64,000 nucleotides of DNA from an uncultured Poribacteria bacterium (GCA_951813565.1 OX638351.1:4096001-4160000); one strand, 5' to 3'; positions 49,080 through 59,803 are shown, counted from the stretch's first letter. The notes: generated from the sequence alone by a model not told the origin. Made by a program: numbers and translations.

Positions 49080-50427
49080 TGAAAAATTCCTTGTAGAGTG
49101 CTTGAACTGCAGTGTCCATATCCGTTGACTTTACACCGAACATCATGCTGACTTCATTTGAACCTTGGTTGATCATCTCTATATTGACTTTTGCGCCTGC
49201 TAACGCCCCTGTTGCTCGTGAAGCAATGCCAACAGTATGCCGCATACCTTCACCGACAACCATGATGAGAGATAACTCGCGTTCTACAAAAACATCTTCT
49301 GGCGCAAGCGTTTGCCGAATCTTTTCCACAACCCTTTTCTCTTTGTCCGCAGGTAAGTTTTCTTCGCGAAGGATGACAGACATGTTGTCTATGCCAGAGG
49401 GGATATGTTCAAAAGAGATGTTTTCGCCTTCCAAAATCTGTAGCAGCCGTCTGCCGAATCCGATTTGCCGATTCATTAGATATTTGCTAAGGTAGACACA
49501 ACAAACATTGCTCATCGCAGCAATCCCAACAACAGGCATTTCCGTTGAAGTACGATGTGGAACAATCAGGGTGCCGGATGCTTTTGGGTTATTGGTATTT
49601 CGGATGTGGACTGGTACCATTGCACGATATACGGGTTCAAGTGCCTCATCGTGAAATACTGAGAAGCCGGCGTAAGAGAGTTCGCGCATCTCACGGTAGG
49701 TTAGTTCCGAAATTGGGACAGGATTTAATACTATTGACGGATTTGCAGCGAATACGGAGTCAACATCTGTGAAATTTTCGTAAACTTCTGCTCGAACCGC
49801 ACTGGCAAGAATCGCACCTGTAATATCTGAACCGCCGCGAGAGAAGGTAACAATGTGATCTTCTTTGGAATAACCGAAAAATCCTGGAAAAATTGTAATG
49901 CCGGGACGTTCGCTTAGACTTCGCAAGCGACTGTATGCTTCGGGTAAAACCTGGGCATTGCCAGGTTCATCTGAGAGTAGTAAACCTGCATCTTTCGGAT
50001 TCACATAGTGTGCTTCTACGCCTCGCGCCTGCAGCACCTGTGCAATTAGACGAGCGCAATTGTCTTCTCCACCTGCTTTCATCGTATCCATATAGAGGTC
50101 AGCATCATCTGTGCTGTTTTCAAGACGTTGTGTTAAGTCGCGTGCAATAGGGTCAACGACCTCATCAGGGAGTTCCAATTCAGAAGCAATATTCCGATAA
50201 CGTTCAATAGTCTCAGCACATTCCGAAGCACCGATTTTTCCCATCAGCCGCTCCGATGCTGCTGCAATCAGCAGGTCGGTTACTTTTATATCTTCACTGT
50301 GACGTTTTCCGGGTGCTGATACGACAATTAACCTTCGTGCTGGGTCAGCTGTGATGATGTCACATACTTGGCGAACCTGCTCTGCTGTCGCGAGGGAACT
50401 CCCCCCAAACTTTGATACTTTTAACAA
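49054..50427 (-). CDS. lysC: Aspartate kinase
   Basis: KFGGSS, VVSAPGKR, SRGGSD, TDVD, ACT domains; TTG start. Confidence 0.92.
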   Translation of the reverse strand: MLKVSKFGGSSLATAEQVRQVCDIITADPARRLIVVSAPGKRHSEDIKVTDLLIAAASERLMGKIGASECAETIERYRNIASELELPDEVVDPIARDLTQRLENSTDDADLYMDTMKAGGEDNCARLIAQVLQARGVEAHYVNPKDAGLLLSDEPGNAQVLPEAYSRLRSLSERPGITIFPGFFGYSKEDHIVTFSRGGSDITGAILASAVRAEVYENFTDVDSVFAANPSIVLNPVPISELTYREMRELSYAGFSVFHDEALEPVYRAMVPVHIRNTNNPKASGTLIVPHRTSTEMPVVGIAAMSNVCCVYLSKYLMNRQIGFGRRLLQILEGENISFEHIPSGIDNMSVILREENLPADKEKRVVEKIRQTLAPEDVFVERELSLIMVVGEGMRHTVGIASRATGALAGAKVNIEMINQGSNEVSMMFGVKSTDMDTAVQALYKEFFNGSGKSST

Positions 50428-50511
50428 TCCATATCCTCCAATCCAATATTGTATGTTCAGGACAATTATATCACAGTTCTAATTTAAATGAAATAGATTC
50501 CAAATCAAGGT

Positions 50512-50718
50512 AGGGTTATTCAGTTTTCGAAATTTTTTTTACAAGTGTTTATTTTTTATGAAAAGCAGATATAGCGTGTTTTTTTACAACATATCTGCTA
50601 TAGTTCACCTTAAAACGACCTATTTTGAGGTGAATAATGACAAGAAGAAAATCTTGCCACTTAATAGAAACTCGCAGTTAACCTTATAAAATGAAAATTT
50701 ATAAAACTGAATAACCCT
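50512..50718. mobile_element. MITE with perfect 16-bp TIR
   Basis: AGGGTTATTCAGTTTT / AAAACTGAATAACCCT. Confidence 0.75.
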
Positions 50719-50800
50719 GATACCAAAACAACTTGACACTTTCCTGCTTTGCATGGTATTTTTTAACATTCTAAACCTATTTTTTAGGCGAGGTGAAATC

Positions 50801-52549
50801 TTGAGTATTGTTGTCCACGTCACGCACGAAGCCATCCAAAAAATGGGAGGCATCGGTGCTGTTTTAGAAGGGTTGCTGACAACCCGCAGCTACAACGAAG
50901 CGATTGAGCGAACCTTTCTTGTCGGTCCTCTTTTTTCCGGTGCCGATTTGGAAGCATTGGATTCGGTGTTGTATCACGCTGCCGAAGGGACAAAAACAAC
51001 ACCCCACGCAGCGGCACTCAGCGAGATTGAAAAGACCTATCATGTTGAACTTATCTACGGACAACGGCGATTTGAAAATAAAGATCAGAACGTTACCACA
51101 TTGACAGATGTAATCTTAGTCAATGTCTCGAACAGCAATGAAGACATGACAGGACAGTTTAAGTGGCAACTTTACGAGCATTTTGGTATTGAATCAACTC
51201 GTTATGAGAGTGAATGGGAGTTTGAGGAGTATGTGCGCCTTGCCGAACCTGCTTATGAAGCACTGCAAGTACTGATCGGTGAAGCAACAGAAACGCCTGT
51301 ATATATTATCTCGCATGAGTTTATGGGGATGCCGCTTGCGCTCAAAACTCAGATTGAACGTAAAAATGGTAACGGCGCGGCAAATATACGCACTGTCTTT
51401 TATGCTCATGAAGTGGCAACGATACGTCCTATTGTTGAAGGACATCCCGGACACGATGTCCGTTTTTACAACGCGTTAGATCAGGCAAAATCACAAGGCA
51501 TGCTAATCAGTGATGTATTCGGTGATCCGTTCTGGTATTTTAAGCATGCGTTGATTGACAAAGCACATCTCTGCGATACGATCTTTGCTGTTGGGGACCT
51601 TGTTGTAGATGAACTCCGCTTTTTGGCACAACCTTTTGAAGCGTTTCCGATTAACCTCGTCTATAACGGAATTCCTGCGTTTGAGATGAGCTTAGAGGAT
51701 AAGTTAGCATCGAAAGCACGGCTCCAAAAATATGCAAGAACGCTGCTTGACTATCGTCCTGATTATGTGTTTACGCATGTTACACGGCTTGTTAAAAGTA
51801 AAGGATTATGGCGCGATTTGCAGGTACTAACACATCTGGATTCGCTGCTTGCTTCTAATGACAAGACTGCTGTGCTGTTTATCCTCTCTACAGAAATTGC
51901 CACAGGACGACCCCACGAAAACATTCATGAAATGGAACGCGAATACGGCTGGCCTGTGTTTCACAAAATTGGTTATCCAGATTTGGTCGGAGCAGAAATT
52001 GAGTTGAACAACGGTGTTTCTGCCTTCAATCTGCAGTCTAAAGCAATAAAAGTCGTGTTTGTGAATCAGTTCGGGTGGAGTCAGACCTCTTGCGGCAGTC
52101 GAATGCCGATAGAGATGGAATTTATGGATATCCGTAAAGGAAGTGATGCGGAATTTGGGCAGTCAATTTATGAACCTTTTGGGATTGCACAGGTGGAGCC
52201 GCTCAGTTTCGGTGCGATTTGTGTTGTTAGCAATGTGTGCGGATGTTGCGGTTTCATTCAACGTGCAACTGACAATCGCGAAGTTCCGAATGTTGTAATT
52301 GCTGACTATACGCACCTTAATGCCGCACCGAAATCGTTAGGAGATGTGCTGAACATCGGTTTAGCAGAACGAACGCAGATTGAAGTGGAAAATAGCCGGG
52401 ACATCGCTGCAAAACTGCTTGGTCGTCTACCGCGGAAACCGCGTGATGTTGAGGATATGATTAAAGAAGGATATGAAATTGCCTCTCGTATGAGTTGGGA
52501 GGTTGTTGTTAAAGATTATTTTTTGCCTGGATTGAAACAGGCATTGTAA
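50801..52549 (+). CDS. GT-B glycosyltransferase, GT3 glycogen-synthase-like
   Basis: HEAIQKMGGI (compare GT3 EVxNKVGGI), SHEFM, YNG, SKG, SIYEPFG; TTG start after GAGGTG. Confidence 0.65.
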   Translation: MSIVVHVTHEAIQKMGGIGAVLEGLLTTRSYNEAIERTFLVGPLFSGADLEALDSVLYHAAEGTKTTPHAAALSEIEKTYHVELIYGQRRFENKDQNVTTLTDVILVNVSNSNEDMTGQFKWQLYEHFGIESTRYESEWEFEEYVRLAEPAYEALQVLIGEATETPVYIISHEFMGMPLALKTQIERKNGNGAANIRTVFYAHEVATIRPIVEGHPGHDVRFYNALDQAKSQGMLISDVFGDPFWYFKHALIDKAHLCDTIFAVGDLVVDELRFLAQPFEAFPINLVYNGIPAFEMSLEDKLASKARLQKYARTLLDYRPDYVFTHVTRLVKSKGLWRDLQVLTHLDSLLASNDKTAVLFILSTEIATGRPHENIHEMEREYGWPVFHKIGYPDLVGAEIELNNGVSAFNLQSKAIKVVFVNQFGWSQTSCGSRMPIEMEFMDIRKGSDAEFGQSIYEPFGIAQVEPLSFGAICVVSNVCGCCGFIQRATDNREVPNVVIADYTHLNAAPKSLGDVLNIGLAERTQIEVENSRDIAAKLLGRLPRKPRDVEDMIKEGYEIASRMSWEVVVKDYFLPGLKQAL

Positions 52550-52586
52550 TATTTTGTACAGTTTGTCTATAAAGGATTTGATTATT

Positions 52587-53447
52587 ATGCAAGAAGTACG
52601 TAATTCTAATGATCCAATACCGTTGTCTCCAGGAGAGAAGTTGATGACTCCAGAACAGAAGTTTTTCTTTGACTTACGGGGTTGGCTTCTGCTACCATCG
52701 GTATTGTCAGAGTCGGAAATCGAAGAGATGAAAGCGGAAGTGTATGCAGGTGCAAGGCAGAGTTATCAAGGTGCTTTACAGAATTTACTTGACCATCCGG
52801 CAATTGTAGGTATTCTAAGCGAAATCCTTGCTGATGAACGATTTATCTTTGACGATTGCTACGGCTTTCGGTGTGAGAATTCGATTACGACGGTCAGAAA
52901 ACCCGGCTGGAGCACTTCTTCTAATAGTGGTACTGCGGTGCCGCATGTCGTACGACCTCCACAACAAGCAAATGCGATGCGGTATCAGGTGGCAGGTGGA
53001 AAGATATTCGCAGGACTCACACGTGTGATTTGGGAACTTGAGGAGGTGAAAGCTGGACAGGGAGGGACTACTTTTCTGAGTGGGTCTCATAAGGCACATT
53101 TCAACTACGGTGGACCGGACCCAAACCGCCCGAATATTAGTGAATCTCCTTGGGAAAATAAAATAAAGGATATGATGGAGGATTATAGTTGTCCCCCTGG
53201 GTCAGTACTTATTTTCACTGAAAGCCTTATCCATGCTACCAACAACTGGACGAACCCTGACAATCCGCGTTGTGCTGTGTTTAATTGTTACAACTCAATA
53301 TGGGCGCAATGGTTTCGGTTGAATCTAAGTCATGAAATTATTGAAACGATGCCGCCGAAACGGCAATCTTTATTCCGTGGAACTTGGGCAATAGGTGGGG
53401 GTCCTGGCGGAAACCGTCAGTATTCGTTGGATAATACTACCAAATAA
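52587..53447 (+). CDS. PhyH-like Fe(II)/2OG oxygenase
   Basis: FFFDLRGW, GGTTFLSGSHK, GSVLIFTESLIH, NPRCA. Confidence 0.8.
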   Translation: MQEVRNSNDPIPLSPGEKLMTPEQKFFFDLRGWLLLPSVLSESEIEEMKAEVYAGARQSYQGALQNLLDHPAIVGILSEILADERFIFDDCYGFRCENSITTVRKPGWSTSSNSGTAVPHVVRPPQQANAMRYQVAGGKIFAGLTRVIWELEEVKAGQGGTTFLSGSHKAHFNYGGPDPNRPNISESPWENKIKDMMEDYSCPPGSVLIFTESLIHATNNWTNPDNPRCAVFNCYNSIWAQWFRLNLSHEIIETMPPKRQSLFRGTWAIGGGPGGNRQYSLDNTTK

Positions 53448-53471
53448 TTTTAAAACTATAAGGAGATATTA

Positions 53472-54311
53472 ATGTCAAAAGAAACGTTAAACGGTGAACC
53501 AAAACCAATGACTCCAGAACAGAAGTTTTTCTTTGATCTTCGCGGTTGGATTTTATTACCATCAATATTATCGGACTCAGAAATCGAAGAGATGAAAGCG
53601 GAAGTATATGCGGGCGCAAGGCAAAGTTATCAGGGTTCACTGCAGAACCTCCTTGATCATCCTGCAATTGTAGGTGTTCTAAATGAAATTCTGTCCGAAG
53701 ATCCGTTTGTACACGATGATTGCTACGGATTTCGATGTGAAGGGTCTTTTACCACAGTCCGTGAATCTGGTTGGAGTGTAACATCACGTGGTGACAACGG
53801 CTTACCACACGTTGTGCGACCACCGCAACAAGCAAATGCGATGCGGTATCAGGTTGCTGGTGAAAAGATATTCGCTGGACTTACTCGTGTCGTATGGGAA
53901 CTTGAGGAGGTAAAGGCCGGACAAGGCGGCACCTCTTTTCTGAGTGGATCGCATAAAGCGCATTTCAACTATGGAGGCCCCGACCCTTATCGTCCGAATA
54001 TCGGCGAGTCGCCTTGGGAGAATAGCATGCGGGATATGATGGACGACTATAGCTGCCTACCGGGTTCTGTCGTCATTTTCACTGAAAGTCTTGTGCATGC
54101 GGCAAACGACTGGACGAATCCGTCAAATCCGCGCTGTGCTGTCTTTAATTGTTACAACTCTATCTGGGCACAGTGGCATCGGTTGAATCTGAGCCATGAA
54201 ATCATTGAAACGATGCCGCCGAGACGACAATCATTATTCCGCGGGACGTGGGCAATTGGCGGTGGTCCTGGTGGGAATCGTGAGTATTCACTGGAAAATA
54301 ATACTACGTGA
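53472..54311 (+). CDS. PhyH-like Fe(II)/2OG oxygenase (tandem paralog)
   Basis: Highly similar to the preceding protein over its full length; AAGGAG upstream. Confidence 0.8.
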   Translation: MSKETLNGEPKPMTPEQKFFFDLRGWILLPSILSDSEIEEMKAEVYAGARQSYQGSLQNLLDHPAIVGVLNEILSEDPFVHDDCYGFRCEGSFTTVRESGWSVTSRGDNGLPHVVRPPQQANAMRYQVAGEKIFAGLTRVVWELEEVKAGQGGTSFLSGSHKAHFNYGGPDPYRPNIGESPWENSMRDMMDDYSCLPGSVVIFTESLVHAANDWTNPSNPRCAVFNCYNSIWAQWHRLNLSHEIIETMPPRRQSLFRGTWAIGGGPGGNREYSLENNTT

Positions 54312-54319
54312 TAATAAGC

Positions 54320-54347
54320 GTATGCGGGATTGTCTAATCCCGCATAC
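54320..54347 (+). terminator. Stem-loop after the PhyH pair
   Basis: GTATGCGGGATT-GTCT-AATCCCGCATAC; no U-tract. Confidence 0.5.
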
Positions 54348-54782
54348 AGACACACATGTGAAAACTATTCTAAAGCTACTGATAATACGATTCACTTGAT
54401 TCACAGAATTTCCCGATCACATGCGTCTCCACTGTCAATGACAAATAAACCTATCAAACAACCCATCTCGTCTTAAATAACCCGCCTTATCCTTTATCAA
54501 CACGAATCATCTCTATAATTTCATACGTATGCTGTATTTTGCTTTCCATATCCTCGCTGGAAACTGCTAATATCACAATATTAATGTGTGAATTTAGAAG
54601 GCGTTTCATAATTTTGAAATCCAACACGAAATTTATGGATAGAATTACGAATTAATTTTGATTTATACGTCTTTAATTTACATATTTCTGAAGAAGTATT
54701 GTATAATTTAGTGTGAATTTTACCTGAATTATGTAAAATTTAAGATTAAACCTGATTTTTTAGATAGAATCTAATATTTAGT

Positions 54783-54811
54783 TTGACATTATTAAAAATA
54801 TATAGTATACT
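54783..54811 (+). promoter_or_regulatory. Near-consensus sigma70 promoter
   Basis: TTGACA-N17-TATACT followed by AAGGAGG and ATG at 54844. Confidence 0.75.
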
Positions 54812-54843
54812 TTACGTATTACCTATTAAGTAAGGAGGGAAAA

Positions 54844-55326
54844 ATGAATTCGGTGAAGGAAAAATTGGAAAAGTGGTTGAAGGAGAATCCTGAAGGTTGG
54901 CTAACAGAATCTGACCAATCCATTTCGGATCAGGCAGGAGTCTCGACAGGATCGGTAAGTAGACATTTGCATATGGTTGTTGCAAAGCGGAATGGTGTTA
55001 TGCCATCTGAGGTTAGAAAGCAGAGACAAGAGACTAGACCTATTTCGCGTAGAACAAAAGTGGATTTGAATAAAATTCGTGAAATCATTGCAGCGAATCC
55101 TGATATGCCTGTTTGTGATCTGGCATTCATGGCTGATTGCTCTGAGGCAACAATTGAGCGATTATTGAAGGCAATTGGTCATGGCACTGATGAGAGTCAA
55201 GAAGATGATGATGATGATGACCAAAACTCCAATTCTAAGATCATATCGATTCGTTCAGATCTGGAAAACATCAAAGTGGGAATGGAGACAGTTTTAACAC
55301 GTTTAGATGAACTATTAAACGATTAA
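54844..55326 (+). CDS. Hypothetical DNA-binding protein with two HTH-like motifs
   Basis: SDQSISDQAGVSTGSVSRH and PVCDLAFMADCSEATIER; acidic linker; C-terminal coiled coil. Confidence 0.65.
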   Translation: MNSVKEKLEKWLKENPEGWLTESDQSISDQAGVSTGSVSRHLHMVVAKRNGVMPSEVRKQRQETRPISRRTKVDLNKIREIIAANPDMPVCDLAFMADCSEATIERLLKAIGHGTDESQEDDDDDDQNSNSKIISIRSDLENIKVGMETVLTRLDELLND

Positions 55327-55382
55327 ACGGTGTTTATTAAAACATATCGTTTTTATTTGAGTTGTTTGTCTAAGGCAAAAGC

Positions 55383-55417
55383 TTGAAACCTCGGATCGCC
55401 ATAATCCGAGGTTTCAA
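55383..55417 (+). terminator. Stem-loop downstream of the HTH gene
   Basis: TTGAAACCTCGGAT..ATCCGAGGTTTCAA, 14-bp stem. Confidence 0.55.
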
Positions 55418-55797
55418 AAGACTACCTGCTGTGGAAACGAGAGTTTCCATCATATATTCAACATTTCTGTTTTAATTACAGAAATGTTGAAAAGAAAACG
55501 GTGAATTGTGTGATTGGTCAACAAGATAAACCATCAAAAACTTTATCTTGAATTGAACCATTTTCTTTTAAAATTATCCAACAGGTGCTATTAATTGTGT
55601 CATATCAAATGAAAATTGTCAAGCAAAACAAAAATATTTCTAAAATTCAGTAAAACAAATGTGTTTTTGAATTTGATTGCACTTATGATGTACTTTATGC
55701 TTTTTTGTGTTACTTGCATTTAATTGGCACAATAACGGTGTTGAGTTAACGCAACTCTTCTGTTGGGTATTAAACATACCTCAATGGAGGATTCGAC

Positions 55798-56022
55798 ATG
55801 GGAAATAAGAAATACCCATCTCGGCAAGTTAGAAGGGCAGCTAAACGTAAGGCGGAGAAATATCAATCAAAAAAAAATAGTCGGAAAACTCGTAAGTCAG
55901 AAAAGTCTGGCAACATGCAGTTCAAGGATAATTTGAAGTTTGTAATTTGTATTATCGTTCGTCTTATAAGTCCGCACCTGAAGGACATTTTCGAAAAGCT
56001 CAAAGAAATATTTTTAATCTAA
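55798..56022 (+). CDS. Small basic hypothetical protein
   Basis: GGAGG upstream; Arg/Lys-rich N-terminus, hydrophobic C-terminus. Confidence 0.5.
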   Translation: MGNKKYPSRQVRRAAKRKAEKYQSKKNSRKTRKSEKSGNMQFKDNLKFVICIIVRLISPHLKDIFEKLKEIFLI

Positions 56023-56191
56023 GACTTCAAAATGCCAGAGTGTCTGGCTCTGGCAACCCAACATAGACATACCATAGTGGTAGAGGTCACGGTTGGCTGT
56101 CCCTAGCTTTTCCGGAGAAAAGCACCGTCCTTATGGCACGTATTCGGGCAAAGGAATAATTATAAAGTGTGCGTTACCTGCTGCTATACCT

Positions 56192-56428
56192 TCAATCTGC
56201 GACTTTATCTTCGGATGATTCAAGGGATATAGGCTTCTCTGCAGGCGGTTCTGGATCAACAAACTTATACTTACCTGTTTTCCGCAATCTTTTCCCTACC
56301 TCTTGGTAATGAGCGAGTAATCGATAAAGATCATGCCCACATTCTTCTGAAATTTTCATACGCATTTCACGAACTTCCTTAACGACTTCATTCATTTCTG
56401 GGCGTAAAAGATCCTCGCGCGTTACCAT
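56192..56428 (-). CDS. Small hypothetical protein
   Basis: GGAGG upstream; 78 aa helical (EVREMRMKISEECGHDL). Confidence 0.6.
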   Translation of the reverse strand: MVTREDLLRPEMNEVVKEVREMRMKISEECGHDLYRLLAHYQEVGKRLRKTGKYKFVDPEPPAEKPISLESSEDKVAD

Positions 56429-56488
56429 TTATGCAGTGCCTCCTAAAATATTATACCATGCAAAGATCCAATTGTCAAAACAAGATAT

Positions 56489-58540
56489 TCATGAATTTGA
56501 TACCATTTGAGGAGCTAACACCAGCGCGCTTCGGGCAGGAACATAAAGTTGAATAGACTGTGTATGCCCTTCTGTCGCTACGTCTTGCCACGGATAATGA
56601 ACCCCTTCTACAGCACCGTAACCGCCAAATTCAGTGTCGTCCGTGTTGAGAATGAGACGGTAATCTGCTTTTTCAGGCACAGGGATACGCCAATCCGTGA
56701 CAGATGCTGTCGGATGGAAGTTAAAGGCAAACACAAGTCCTCCGCGCGTGTATACAATTTGTTTTGCGTCCTCGTGAATCAATAGAAGCTGAATGTTTTC
56801 ATCAGTGAGAATATGATACGTTGTATCAAGATGTTGCATGGATCGGTCAAAATCGTTTAGATGCCGATAATAGAGCGTCCCATCATCTACGAGGTGCCAC
56901 TGCCTGCGCGCATACCAATAAGAATTGTTGTTTCCTGCCCGGGGAAAATCAATCCACTCAGGATGTCCAAACTCATTGCCCATAAAGTTGAGATACCCTT
57001 CACCACCTAAACTAAACGTGAGCAGGCGAATCAACTTGTGTAAAGCAACACCGCGAGCAATCCTTAAGCTTGGCGTGCAAACACTCATTTTTGTGTAGAG
57101 TTCGGCATCCATCAGTTGCATCGCAAGTGTTTTGTCACCGACAATGCTTTGGTCGTGGCTTTCGACGTAAGCAATGTGTTTTTCACCTGCGCGGCGGTTG
57201 CGCAACATGCCGTAAATTTCTCCGATGCGCCAATTCTCGTCCTTTTTCTCTTTCAACAACCGAATCCAATAGTCTGGAATGCCCATGGCAAGGCGATAAT
57301 CAAAACCAAATCCGCCTTCTTCAATAGGACGTGCAAGACCGGGCATTCCGCTCATATCCTCAGCAATAGAAATCGCGTTTGGGTTGACAGCATGGATAAC
57401 TTCATTTGCTAACATCAGGTAAGCGATGGAATCTAACTCCACTTTAGGGCTAAAGTAATCATCGTAACCTGTGAACTCCTGACCAAGACCATGGTCACTG
57501 TAGAGCATACTCGTAACACCATCAAATCTAAAGCCGTCAAAACGATAAGTTTCCAGCCAAAATCGGATATTGCTCAGTAAAAACCGCTGCACCTCGTATT
57601 TGCTGTAATCGAAACAACGAGAGTCCCAGGCGATGTGTTCGCCTTTTTCACCTGCATGAAAATAGTGATACTCCGTGCCATCAAAGCGGTTCAACCCTTC
57701 ATTGATGTTTTTCACAGCATGGCTATGCACCAAATCCATAATCACCAGCAATCCCATTTCGTGTGCAGTGTCTATGAGTTCCTTAAGTTCTTCAGGTGTT
57801 CCAAAACGACTTGATACTGCGAAAAAGTTGCTTACATGATACCCGAAACTTGCATAATAGGGATGCTCCATTATTGCCATCAGTTGCACTGCGTTGTAAC
57901 CTAAATTGGCAATTCGGAGCAACACGTTTTGCGTAAACTCTGCAAACGTTCCGACTTTTTCTCCTTCTTGCGCCATGCCGACATGTGCTTCGTAGATGCG
58001 CAACCCCTGTTTGTGTGCGTTAAAATTTGGTGCTTGATTCTTCCATTGATACGAATCCGACGGCGACCAATATTGTCCTGTGAATTCAGTTTCGCTTTCC
58101 TGAATGACGCGCTGAATATAGGCGGGAATTCTATCAAGTGCCCCCAGTTCTGATTTGACATGCACTTTTACTCGGCTACCGTGTGTGAACCGATCTGCAT
58201 AATCTTTATCCGACAAAAAAAGATGCCATATTCCCCATTCATCAATAGACATTGGGTTGGCATCACGATTCCAGTCGTTAAAATCGCCTATAAGGGAGAG
58301 GGACTGTGCGCCCGGTGCCCACTCGCGGTACCAAACACCGCTTTCACCTGCATTTTCGCCTCGGTTGAAACCGAAATAACGATGCCCTTGGCTAATCTTG
58401 CCTAATATACTACCAGTTTTTTCAATCTGGGCTTTGAAACGTTGATAGTGCGCGAACCTTTCGCGTAATTGAGGGGCATAAGGCTTTAACAAAGGATCGC
58501 GTTTGATGAGGCGTGTGCCATCAGCTTTGTGTTTCTCCAT
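56489..58540 (-). CDS. glgB: 1,4-alpha-glucan branching enzyme (GH13_8-like)
   Basis: YREWAP, IYEAHVG, YASFGYHV, DGFRFDGVTS, AEDMSG, ESHDQ, NFMGNEFGHPEWIDFPR. Confidence 0.93.
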   Translation of the reverse strand: MEKHKADGTRLIKRDPLLKPYAPQLRERFAHYQRFKAQIEKTGSILGKISQGHRYFGFNRGENAGESGVWYREWAPGAQSLSLIGDFNDWNRDANPMSIDEWGIWHLFLSDKDYADRFTHGSRVKVHVKSELGALDRIPAYIQRVIQESETEFTGQYWSPSDSYQWKNQAPNFNAHKQGLRIYEAHVGMAQEGEKVGTFAEFTQNVLLRIANLGYNAVQLMAIMEHPYYASFGYHVSNFFAVSSRFGTPEELKELIDTAHEMGLLVIMDLVHSHAVKNINEGLNRFDGTEYHYFHAGEKGEHIAWDSRCFDYSKYEVQRFLLSNIRFWLETYRFDGFRFDGVTSMLYSDHGLGQEFTGYDDYFSPKVELDSIAYLMLANEVIHAVNPNAISIAEDMSGMPGLARPIEEGGFGFDYRLAMGIPDYWIRLLKEKKDENWRIGEIYGMLRNRRAGEKHIAYVESHDQSIVGDKTLAMQLMDAELYTKMSVCTPSLRIARGVALHKLIRLLTFSLGGEGYLNFMGNEFGHPEWIDFPRAGNNNSYWYARRQWHLVDDGTLYYRHLNDFDRSMQHLDTTYHILTDENIQLLLIHEDAKQIVYTRGGLVFAFNFHPTASVTDWRIPVPEKADYRLILNTDDTEFGGYGAVEGVHYPWQDVATEGHTQSIQLYVPARSALVLAPQMVSNS

Positions 58541-58889
58541 AATGTATCAGTTTAACACAAGATGGTTGGCGATTCAAGTATGATGTCTGCTAAGCACGCC
58601 TATAGGCAGATGTTCACCTATTTTTTTTCTAATATAATTCGGTTTGTTTAACATAAAATACACGTTAATATCAAATATTGAGTTATTTTGAAAATTAATT
58701 TGACTAATTTAGTCAGGTCTAGTATATTTATAATCATGTGTTCGGTAGAAACAATTTTTGGGAATTGGTCCGATGAATCAACGCCAAGTGCCATAAGACA
58801 CTTGGCGGGAAACCGAACTTATCGTGGTCGTAAGAGTAGAATTCAAAGCATAGAGAGCTTCATATCTCTTACACCGAACTGACGTTGTA

Positions 58890-59390
58890 TCAGTTTTCAA
58901 CACCTGATTCATTCCATTGTGCGTGGCGCTGAAGGGTACGGATATCAATCCCTAACGATTCAGCTGCTTCACGTAAGGATGTAAACTTCTCAATACGCAT
59001 CTGCGCAACAGCGCGTAGAATTTGATTTTGATTCATTTTTCCTATGTTAAGTGCTTCCGCTTCTTCTGCAGTTTTTGCATTGACGGAATTTCTCACGCTA
59101 TACCACGGTTGCGGTGTTTGCGTGGAGAGTTCATGCATAATTATATGCTGCGTCTCTGGATGGAGTGCTTCCCATATCGCGTGCTGCGTATCAGAGGCAA
59201 GTGTTCCCCATATAGAGATTAGAGTCTGTAAGAACTCAGGATATATATTTGGAAAATCTTTTGGTTCAAGAGTATCAGTAGTGGCGAGCGCAATAGCAGT
59301 TTGAATAGTACTTCTGAGCTGCCGAATATTGCCGGGCCACGCAGCTTGTTCAAGACGAGTGAGTGCCTCTGGACTAATGCCTTTAACGCT
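58890..59390 (-). pseudogene. C-terminal remnant of a sigma54-dependent activator (NtrC/Fis family)
   Basis: Reads GISPEALTRLEQAAWPGNIRQLRSTI into a Fis-like HTH (SLREAAESLGIDIRTLQR); no start and no AAA+ core. Confidence 0.75.
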
Positions 59391-59395
59391 CCCCC

Positions 59396-59803
59396 GTCAA
59401 ATCCCCATGCTTTAGCTTGTGGGATGTCCACGGCTAACAATGTGATGGACAGCACGAAATGTCCAGCGAAAGCGGAATAAAACCCATCGCTATAACGAAA
59501 TCTATAAAGTTGGTGGATAGCGTCCATATCAAGCCACTGCAGCACTGCAGCACTGCAGACTGGAATGCGTGAGCGGAGGCAACCCCTCCCGAAGTCTAAG
59601 GACTTGTCGCGTGGCGTGCCTGGTAGAAAGGGCAGCTATAAAATGGGTGGAAACAGAGCCAACCCACGACATTGCGAAAAATAAATCAAACGGGCAGGCT
59701 TGGCTGCCTAAAGTGGAGCGACACTAAGACGGTGGACGCTAAGCGAAAACCGCAGTCGCGAGGAAGCACAAGCCCCTACCTTTAGGTAGTGGGTACCTAT
59801 GAC
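59396..59803 (+). mobile_element. Non-autonomous IS200/IS605-type element without ORF
   Basis: Left hairpin GTCAAATCCCCATGCTTTAGCTTGTGGGA; right hairpin AAGCCCCTACCTTTAGGTAGTGGG..TGAC. Confidence 0.65.
59690..59803 (+). ncRNA. Candidate TnpB omega-RNA (reRNA) scaffold
   Basis: GCCT..GTGGAG..TAAGAC..GCA..GAAGCA.AAGCCCC-hairpin order resembles tnpB right ends as recalled; not model-scored. Confidence 0.5.

Noticed and set aside
50501..50510. CAAATCAAGG resembling the micro-unit leader
   Set aside because: No hairpin follows and the leader is imperfect.
59219..59545. 108-aa minus-strand ORF
   Set aside because: Spans the IS-derived element and the activator remnant in the wrong frame; no recognisable motif.
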